Shown here piece by piece: positions 52,401 to 63,500 of a DNA stretch of 64,000 nucleotides. The first letter of the stretch is position 1; each line of letters opens with the position of its first letter. The DNA comes from Octopus bimaculoides. Taxonomy: Eukaryota. Location of the stretch: assembly GCF_001194135.2 (NCBI RefSeq), contig NC_068981.1:192534721-192598720 (forward strand). The letters run 5' to 3'. The position numbers were made by a program, and so were the translations under genes. The notes beneath the pieces are model-generated. The model was not told the origin of the DNA. It saw only the letters and a list, made by a program, of their open reading frames with translations, and did not search any database.

Positions 52401-55037
52401 CAATTGTTAATCTATGTAATATGAACAATGGCAATTGTTCACCTCGAGCTGAATGTACTTTCATTCCTCCTTCAGGTACATTTTATCTTCTCAAACACAA
52501 ATTTACAAAACATATAAATCCCATCAAATATATTCCATATAATACAAATAATCTAATATAAATTATTGCATGTATGTGCATTCACACCTCCACCATTACA
52601 CATGCACATACACACACACACACATGCACACGCACACACACACACACTCCTACACTCACTCCCACATACATATGAAAAAGGTAAAGGTTGACAGTGGCTT
52701 TTAAATTTTGCTAGTCATTAATTTCATCAGTCTGATAAAACCAATGACTAACGAAACTTTGAAGTCACTATCAACAACTTCCACTTCCATTTCAGACCAG
52801 ATGACCAGTCTTTGCATGTTTTTAAAGCCAATTGTCAACTGACCAGTTTGTTCCTTGTCTTTTGCTCTTATTTTAGCCAATGCCATTGTCGCTGGTCAAG
52901 TAAAATGTGAATGTTACCCATCTTATATTGGTAATGGCACCACATGCAACCGAGACATTTTAAGTACATTGGAATATATGCCAAGTATGCGCCTCTTTTG
53001 TGATGTAAGTATTTTTTCAACTCTCATTCAGTTTTAAAACATGAATGGCTTCTGTAAAGCCAGATCTGCTGGTGACCTGCAGTCTTTTCACTGAACGTTG
53101 AGTACTAACCCTGAAGAAATTTACAACTGAATAAAAGCAAAAACCAGAGTTGTGTGATAAGGGGGTGACTGGAAGCTGATGCTAAAGAGATTATTCTTTT
53201 ATTCTTTTAGTCATTTGACTGTGGCCATGCTGGAGCACCACCTTTAGTCAAACANNNNNNNNNNNNNNNNNNNNNNNNNNNNNNNNNNNNNNNNNNNNNN
53301 NNNNNNNNNNNNNNNNNNNNNNNNNNNNNNNNNNNNNNNNNNNNNNNNNNNNNNNNNNNNNNNNNNNNNNNNNNNNNNNNNNNNNNNNNNNNNNNNNNNN
53401 NNNNNNNNNNNNNNNNNNNNNNNNNNNNNNNNNNNNNNNNNNNNNNNNNNNNNNNNNNNNNNNNNNNNNNTATATACATACATACATACACACACACACA
53501 ACAGGCTTCGTTCAGTTTTCGTCTATCAAATTCACTCACAAAGCTTTGGTTCGTCCGAGGCTATAGTAGAAGACACTTGCCTAAGGTGCCATGTAGTGGG
53601 ACTGAACCTGTGATTGGTAAGGAAGCTACTTACCACACAGCCACTCCTGCACCTATGTGCCTATCATTTTATCATAGTAAAACACTGAAGCCTTCCCACC
53701 AGAATCTATCAAGTTGTATACATAAAATAACAGCAGAATATATGAAGACTGTAAAGAAATAATTGACCAAGACTTAGCCAAGTTCAAAATTATACAAAAA
53801 CAAAAGAGCAAAAGACAGAGACAGGTGCTGGAACAATTAGTTTGAGATTAAGATAAAATGGAAAAGTTTTTGATGTTTCGAGCCTATGCTCTTCTTCACT
53901 AGAGTGGTCAAAGTGCTTTTATAAGTTGAATATATGTGTGTGTGTATATGTTTGTATATTAATTTACAGAAGAGTGATCAGTTGACCAAATTTCGTAAGT
54001 TATGTATAAAATGCCTTGTGGTATTTGTTCTGTTTCTTTTTATGTTCTAAATTGAAATTCCTCTAAGGTTAACTTAGCCTTTCATTCCTCTGGTTTTGAT
54101 AAAATAAATACTAGCCAAGCACTGATGTCAATATAATTGGCTGTTTCTGCAACACGAATTTCTAGCTTTGTGCCTTTCTCAGGAATCAGTATTAATTTGT
54201 GATAAAAGACAATATTGATAAAGTTAATTCTTGAAAGTTTAATGTCATTCTTACCAAAATACACAAAACAAAATAAAATAAAAAAACCTACATCAATTTG
54301 TTTTGTCTTTCAGCTTCTAATATTGAGGGATGTATCCAATGATAAACAAAGAAGTGATTTAATACAAATGTTGGAAAATATTAACCAAAACATAACGGTA
54401 TTTGTACCTGTAAATGGATTAGACTATAATCATGTAAGATAAACCTTAATTTCCTTTGTCTTATCTTATTCTCAGACTATTGATTCGATTAAACATTTGT
54501 AGAGTTAATTATCAACATGAGCGTGGTCATTGCGAGTGCCGCTGGGCTGGCTCCTGTGCAGGTAGCATGTAAAAACACCTTTTGAGCATGGTCGTTGCCA
54601 GAACCGTTCGACTGGCCATCATGCCGGTTTCACATAGAAGTACCCACTACACTCTTAAAGTGGTTGGCGTTAGGAAGGGCATCCAGCTGTAGAAACCTTG
54701 CCAAATCAGATTGGAGACTGGTGCAGCCTCCCGGCTTGCTAGTTCTCAGTCAAACCACCCAACCCATACCAGCATGGAAAGTGGACATTAAACGATGATG
54801 ACTGGTGCAATAATATGATGCTTCCACAACAATTTTTCATAGTGTGTACCAAACTTCAATTGCTACCAAAAATTTATCAATTTATTTTTTGAGATGATCA
54901 ACAATGTGATTAATATTGCAGAATATTCAATAACTAAATCAAATACTAACAAGTATTTTACATATTCTACAATATCTATAATGCTTTGGGTGAAAAAATA
55001 AAACTGCTATCTATCTATCTATCTATCTATCTATATA

Positions 55038-55084
<47 letters not shown>

Positions 55085-56368
55085 GAAACATGGAACAAAC
55101 TACCTGCATCAGTTGTTAGTTGTTGAGACATTGCATCCTTTAAAACCTCCATGCTTCCTGAAATTCACCAACACTACACCTGATCTTCCCTCCCTCCGTA
55201 TGCATGCACACATGTATATCACGACTCATACACTGTTCACTTTCCTGACTTTTGTACATAATTCTATGTACTATACATGCACCTTTGATTAGTTGTAGTG
55301 CACCTGAGCAGTATACGCAATAATTTCATTGTTATTATTATTATTTATTATTATTGTTATATAGTTTAAATTTACAAAAAAACAAAAGACAAAGACAAGT
55401 GTAGAAACAACAAGCAGGTGTATTAGTTTGACACTCAGGAAAACTGGAAAAGTCTTTTACATTTCAAACCTATGCTCTTTGACAGAAAGGAAGAAGAGGA
55501 AAAAATGGAGAGAGAATGAAAAAAAAAACAAAAAACGGAGAGAGAGAAAAACTGTAAAGTTCAATGGTCCAACATGAGATATATGTATATCTCACATGCG
55601 ATATATATATCTCACATGCGATATATATATCTCACAACCCTGGCTGACCAAGATTGTATTCTTGCACACACACATTGATAGATAAATAGATAGATAGTGA
55701 GAGAGAGAGTGAGAGAGACAGAGAGAGAGAGACAGACAGATAGCTAGCTAGCTAGATAGATATAGTGATCCTGCCTTGGATATACAGTGGAGTTGTATCA
55801 ACGACTCAGTGCAGTATTGGTACAACAAAAATTTGTGCTCCAAAATAATAAAGTGAAGTTAATAATTCTTGTGTGTTTTTGAATGGCTAATATATATGTT
55901 TCACCCCGTGATTATGTTATAAAAAACATGTCTTTTAAAAGATAACAAATTAAATTTGGTTTTCAGAATTTAAGCACACAAGATGTCATGAACCATGTGG
56001 TTGCCAGAAAGATCTACATTGATTCTGACACTGAAGCATCATCATATAAAACTTTGGCAGGTCAGAGCGTTCGGTTACAAAAGAGTTCCTCAGGTGAAGT
56101 AAGTGAACTGCAGCCTTTCTTTCTTCTCTCAGCTCAGTCTTTCCATTTGTTGAATCATTTTAAGGGAGAAATTTTTAGTAAACATGATAAATAAAAAAAA
56201 TATTACCACCAGATGTAGTGTGGCTGTGTGGTAAGAAGCTTTCTTTCCAACCACATGGTTCTGGGTTCAGTCTCACTGCATGGTACCATAGGCAAGTGTC
56301 TTCTACTATAGCCTCAGGCCGACCAAAGCCTTGTGATTGGATTTGGTAGACAGAAACTGAAAGAAACC

Positions 56369-56407
<39 letters not shown>

Positions 56408-57458
56408 CAGGGTGGCCCAAAAGTAGGTTTACAGTTATCATGTAGGCACTTTAAATTTCTTTTAAAACATTGTATTACATTTGAATTTCTATCTTACAAT
56501 CATATTGTTTATGCACATCTTAAACAGACAATGTTTAATCTCTCAGATGCTCAAAATGTCCTCCTTCGACATTGCAACATTCTTTAAACCTCTTCAGAAC
56601 ACTCTGACACAGTGTGGCACAAATTCCAATCTCCATCAATTTCAGTGAATGTGCCAGAAATGTAATCTTATAATTCATTTTCTGTTTTGGGATTCTTCTC
56701 ATAGACCTAACATAGTGTCAGGTCAGGTGAATGTGGTGGTCATTTGATGCTGCCCTGTCTTCCAAACCAATGCTGTGGAAAGGCTTGGTTAAGGTAGTCT
56801 CTTACTGTCAACGCATAATGTGGAGGTGCTCCATCTTGCTGGATAATGGTTTCATATATTTTTATAATTAAGATCTAAACTGTTAATATATGAATGTGAA
56901 AGAGGGGCCACCCTGTATATATGTATATGTTTGTGTGTCTGTGTTTGTCCCCTCACTGTCACTTGACAACCGATGTTGGTGTTTACGTCCCTGTAACTTA
57001 GCTGTTAGGCAAAAGAGACTGATTGAATAAGTACTAGGCTTACAAAGATTTGTTCACCTAAAGGCGGTGCTCCAGCATGGCTGTAGTCAAATGACTGAAG
57101 CAAATAAAAAAATGGAAGATGTGATGCCACTAAGCATTTTGCCTGGCAAGCTAATAGTTGTGCCAACTCATCACCTCAGAGCTAAGAATAATTGTGGTTT
57201 CAAATTTTGGTACAAGGCTGGCTATTTCGTGGCAGGGAGTCAGCTGATTTCATTGACCCCCTATGCTCAGCTGGTACTTATTTTATTGACCCCAAAAGCA
57301 TGAAAGGTAAAGTTGACGCTGATAGCATTTGAACTCAGAATGTAAAGACAGGTGAAATGTATTTTGCTGCCTCAGAGCAGTGGTTCCCAGCCTTTGGTCT
57401 GCAAAGGTAGTACTGGGTGTCCGTGAACCAAATTCAAAATTTCATATATATATGTGCC

Positions 57459-57532
<74 letters not shown>

Positions 57533-60500
57533 GCGAGAGAGAGAGAGATCTGCCAATCAAATTGGCAGATCGAAATGATCGTCAATGAATCATTATACAA
57601 TCTCCACATAATTAATTAAATCAATGGCTAACTAGCGCAATTGACCTGCTTCTTCTTGTGTTTGTTTCTCCATTCTCCACTTGATTATATACATATATTG
57701 CTGGCTTGCCAGACCTCAGTCAAACCGTCCAACTCATGCCAGCATGGAAAATGGATGTTAAATGACAATGATGATGATGATGATGATGATGATACCTTAA
57801 TACTTCGATATGTTGATAGATTTTGGCCAGTATTTGTTTTTTTCAGTTTCTCTATACCAGACGCACTCACAAATCTTTTGTTATCTTGGTGTTATAGTAG
57901 AAAACACTTGCTCAAGTTGCTGTGAAGTGCGATTGAACCCAAGATCCCATGGTTGGGAAGCAAGCTTCTCTGTCACCCAGTCATATCTTCACTCGTACTC
58001 ATAGTGGGCATTAAAAGGATAATGATGAAATCCTGTAGTAAAGATTGTTTGCCAATATAACATGGCAGTCCTGATTTAGGACTAATGTTGCTGTAATTTA
58101 GCCCCAGGAGACATTGTCTCAAGCTGGCTATACGACATGATCTGTGTCCTTATATTTTCGAAAAAGGGAATCTGTGTCCTTATATTTTCGAAAATATAAG
58201 GATACAGATCGTGTCATATAGCCAGCTGGAGATGATGTCTCCTGGGGCTAAATTACAGCAACATTAGTCCTAAACCAGGACTGCCATGTTATGTTGGCAA
58301 ACAATCTTTACTCTAAAGTACTGTTGCTGAATATCTCTTGTTGTGAGATTTAAAAATAGTAATGAAATCTTGTATTTCGTAAGAACTCATTTTATTTTAT
58401 CATTAATACTTATTGCTTCGTCTCATTCAGCTCTATATTATACAAGAAGAAGTGGTAGAAATAAGAATTCTTGAGACAAACATCTTAAACATGAATGGCT
58501 ACATACACATCGTGGAAACACCTTTGTGGTATAACTACAAAGTAACTGCTAAGGTAAGTCAATTCGAAATACAGTTTCTATTTTCTAAGCTTTATTTCTA
58601 TGTTCTTAAGTAATTACCAAACAATAAGTTATTTCAAATATATTAAGGAATAGTTACCTTTTTTTCATGCCAATCCACATAAGACCACCACTGACTATGT
58701 GAAACAAACTGTTCATTTGATGTCTATTCATTTTGTCCATCCTAAATAATGGATAGCCCAGTTAATTTGACAAGAGTTATTAAATAATTGTTTCTAATTC
58801 TGGCACAGGGCCAGCAGTTTTTGAAGGGACGGGGAAGTCGAATACATTGACCCCAGTACTTGACTGGTACTTATTTTATTGACCAACTGCATAAAGATGA
58901 AAGGCAAAGTCAACCTTAGCAGAATTTGAACTCAGAATGTAAAGACTGATGAAATGTTGGCAAGCATTTTGTTTGGCATCCTAACGATTCTGCCAACTCA
59001 TTGCGTTAATGATTATTAAATAATGAAATAACAAATAAAGTAAAAATAAAGCAATAACAAATACTAGATTCTATACTTTCATATTTTTATTGCCAAATTT
59101 TTACACCTTATAACACCATAAGGTGTAAAAGATGTGATGGAAATAAGAATTCTTGAGAGAAACATCTTAAACATAAATGGCTAAATACATCTCCAATGTA
59201 ATGTAGAAGTAAGTCTGTTGAGTGGATTCTAAGAAGAGGCACCAGTCTCAAGTTTGGTAAACCAAGTTGGAATGTCTTTGATGCCAGGTTTCATCAGTCA
59301 CAGCTGATCTGGAGATACACAATAGCAACAGCAGCAACAATCAGAATATAAACTTTTATTAATGTCAGGTATTTATATTCTGTAATAATTCTGGAACTGG
59401 TCAGCAGCTAATATGATTTGCTGCTGTCATTTCATGTCCACTTTTCCATGGTTGCATGGGTCAGATGAAATTTGTTGAGACAGATTTTCTATTCCTGGAT
59501 GCCCTTCCAGTCACCAACCTTTGCCTGTTTCCAAGCAAAATTATGTTTCCTCTTCCAATTTTTTATGGAAGACTGGAAATGCTTCACTTGTGCGATGCTG
59601 ATGCCCTTTTGCAACCATTCACATGTACACATGCACACATGTGCACACGCACACATGCATATGCACAAACACATGTACATACATGCAGACACACACATGC
59701 ATATGCATGCACACACACACGCACACAAACACATACATACACACATGCGCGCGCACACACACAAACATTACATACAAAACACACTAACAAATACTTATTA
59801 TTTTGACTATTTCTTTGTAGGTGAAGGAGGAGGGACCGCATCGGGTGAGTCTATACAGTTTTATGACATGTTAAGGTTTGTCTGGTCTCTGTTAACTGCT
59901 AGTAAAACTAACTCTGATGACTGTTACTAATAATAACTATATTAACTATTGCTATTAAATACTACAAAAATTTATTTTTATAACTATTACTAACATTATT
60001 AACTTTTACTAACACAAGCAACTAACTGTTGTTAACACAAGCTACATTAAGTGTTACAGATAATAACTATATTACATATTAGTAACCTTAGTTCTATTCA
60101 CAGCTAGTATTCTAATTCAATTAATTCTTTCTAACAGTATTACCTGTTATTAACACTAACTATTAACTTGTATTAATACTACTTGTACACAAAATCCATA
60201 TATATTTAATTCTTTATTGCCCACAAGGGGCTAAACATAGAGGGGACAAATAATGACAAAGGGACTAAGTTGATTACATCGATCCCCAGTGCGTAACTGG
60301 TACTTATCTCCACTATCATTAGTCATGCTAATCCTACAAAGTTACTAATCATAACTCCATCATTTTTGGATTATATTACTTGTTACTAACCTTAACTTTA
60401 TGAATTCTTTCTTACTCATATTACTTATTACTACCTCTAACACAATAAAATCTGACCACCTTTGCTAATTCTTACTAACACTAACAATATTAACTATTAC

Positions 60501-63500
60501 TAACCCTAACTATTAGCTATTATTTAAAGCTTTACTAACAATTACTGACACTAATTCATGTAACTATTTCTAACTATTAATTATAATGCTACCTTTATTT
60601 ACTATTTTTAACATATATGCTGTCATTGAGAAGACTCAGTAAGTAAAGTGAGATCACAGCCAAAGCCTATACCAGTGTCGCATAACCAGGCCATTTAAAA
60701 AGTACCTTTGAATTGTCAGGTGAGATGCTGTGCTTGAGGAGACTTGTTGAGTCAAGTAAAATCAAAATAAAAATCTAAATCACAATCAGAATCTCAATCA
60801 AAGCAAAATCAAAAATAGAAATTGTAGTCGTGGGTCATTGCCAGTGCTGCCTGACTGGATCCTGTGTTGGTGGCACGCAATAAGCACCATTCATGTGTGG
60901 GCCTTTGCCAGTGCTGCTTGACTCTCGTGCTGGTGGCACGCAATAAGCACCATTCATGCATGGGTCATTGTCAGTACCACCTGACTGGCTCCTCGTACCG
61001 GTGGCACATAAAAACCACCATCTGAACATGGTCGATGCCAACCCCCACTGCCCCAAATGGTTCCTGTGCCTGAGCCATGTAAGAAGCACCATCCAAACAT
61101 GGCTGATGCCAGTGCTGCCTGACTGGCTCCCATTCCAGTGGCACATAAAAAGCACCCACTACACTCTCGGAGTGGTTGGTGTTAGGAAGAACTTCCAGCT
61201 GTAGAAACATTGCCAGATCAGATTGGAGCCTGGTGCAGCCACTGGCTCTCCAGACCTCAGTCAAACCATCCAACCCATGCCAGCACAGAAAATGGACGTT
61301 AAATGATGATGATGATGATGATGATGACAGTCTGTTAATTTTGAACAACACAAAACTACCAGCAGTAGTTTTATTAACTATTTATAACACATAAGTACAT
61401 TATTAACCTGGATTTTTATAAACTTTTACTAACCTTATTCCTACTAACTATTTCTAATACTACTAATTGTTACTAAAGTTATTAATAATTACTAACTTTG
61501 GCAATTGTTACTGAGCTTAACTACACTAATTGTTTCTAATACTAACTCTTTTTTTCCCTCCATAAACTTTCACTAATCTTAACTTGGGATTACCTCCGGC
61601 CATCCTAATTGTTCCTTCATGCACTGCATGTGCTGAAAAGTTCCTGGCTTTAAGGGTATTTCAAAAGGCCTGGCTGGAGACCCAACTTTCTGATTTCTTT
61701 TACAGGGTTGAGAAAAACTGAAGGACTGCTGCAATAATTGTGGGAATCTGAGAGGGGAATATGTTGATTAAAATCATAATTAGCTGATCCTCTTGTATTT
61801 TCTTTCAATCAAAGCCAGAAATTTTTCAGCACCCCTCTGTGCTTTACCTAATTATTCTTCTTAAGAGTGCAACTGTCTGGAATTCCAACTAACCTGAGGC
61901 CTACGTTATTCATGGATGCTGCCTTCTGTCTTAGATTTATTTTGTTTCTTTTATTCTTTTACTTGTTTTAGTCATTTGACTGTGGCCATGGTGAAGCACT
62001 GCCTTTAGTTGAACAAATCGACCCCAAGACTTATTCATTGTAAGACTAGTACTTATTCTATCAGTCTCTTTCGCCAAACTGCTAAGTTACAGAGACGTAG
62101 ACACACCAAAATCAGTTGTCAATCGATGGTAGGGGGACAAGCAGAGACATACAAATACATACATACCCACGATGGGCTCCCGTGTTGCTGGCAAGTAAAA
62201 AGCACCATCTGAATGTGGCCAATGCCAGCACCCACTGACTGGCTCCCATGCTGGTGGCACGTAAAAAGCACCATCCAAATGTGGCCGATGCTAGGACCAC
62301 CTGACTGGCCTGTAAAAAACACTATCTGAACATGGTTGATGTCAGGCCCGCCTAATTCGGTCCCGTGCTGATGGCACGTAAAAAGCACCCACTACACTCT
62401 TGGAGTGGTTGGCGTTAGGAAGGGCATCCAGAAACATTGCCAGACCAGATTGGAGCCTGGTGCAGTCACTGGCTCTCAAGACCTCAGTCAAACCGACCAA
62501 CCCATGCCAGCATGGAAAACGGAGTTAAACGATGATGATGATAATGATGTGTGTAAGACAGCAAGCTGGCAGAATTGGTAGCACACTGGGCGAAATGCTC
62601 AGCAGTATTTCGTCTCTTGCTATGTTCTGAGTTCAAATTCCGCTGGGGTTGACTTTGCCTTTCATCCTTTCAAGGCTGATAATATAAGTACCAGTTGAGC
62701 ACTGGGGTCAATGTAATCAACTCATTCCCTCCCACCAAAAACTGCTGCCCTTGTGGAAAACTTTGAAACCATTATATAAAGATGAGTGGAAGTCATCAGG
62801 GTGGTGCTGGAAAGAGAGACAGTGGAAACATGATGTCAGGACGAACCCATTACTAAAACTTGGGACAGAAGACATAACAGGAAAAAAAAAACAACTTTTT
62901 TTTCTAAGGTGAAAGAAAGAAAGAAATGGGGGAAAAAATTTTACTATGGGGTGTAGGGATGAGATATAAAGAACAAGAAGAAATTTATAGAAGAATGACA
63001 GAAAATGAAACTAGAGAGAGGAGGGGGGAGATAGAACCAAATTTCAGCAATGAGCTAATTTCTAGGCACGTAGCTTAGTGGTTAGGGTATTCAGCTCATG
63101 ACTGTAAGGTTGTGAGTTCAATTCCCAACAGCATGTTGCGTCCTTGAGCAAGACACTTTATTTCACATTGCTCCAGTCCGCTCAACTGGCAAAAATGAGT
63201 AGAACCTGTATTTCAAAGGGCCAGCTTTGTCACATTCTGTGTCAAGCTGAATCTGAGAACTGTTAAGAGTACATGTGTCTATGGAGTGCTCAGCCACTTG
63301 CATGTTAATTTCACGAGCAGACTGTTCCATTGATTGGATCAATGTGAACCCTTGTCTTCATAGAATCTTCTGTTTGTCTCTCACAATGAATCATTAAATA
63401 TTCTCCATTTCTTTAATGTTTTTCTCATTCCTTCTCTCGACAGGTTGTGGGGGTCGTCTTAGGTGTGTTTTCCGTGTTGCTCATCATCTTGTTGATTGTT

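Noticed and set aside
60820-61140. Repeat-spacer-like pattern resembling a CRISPR array
   Set aside because: Eukaryotic intron; the units are diverged tandem copies within a LINE UTR, with no unique spacers and no cas genes.
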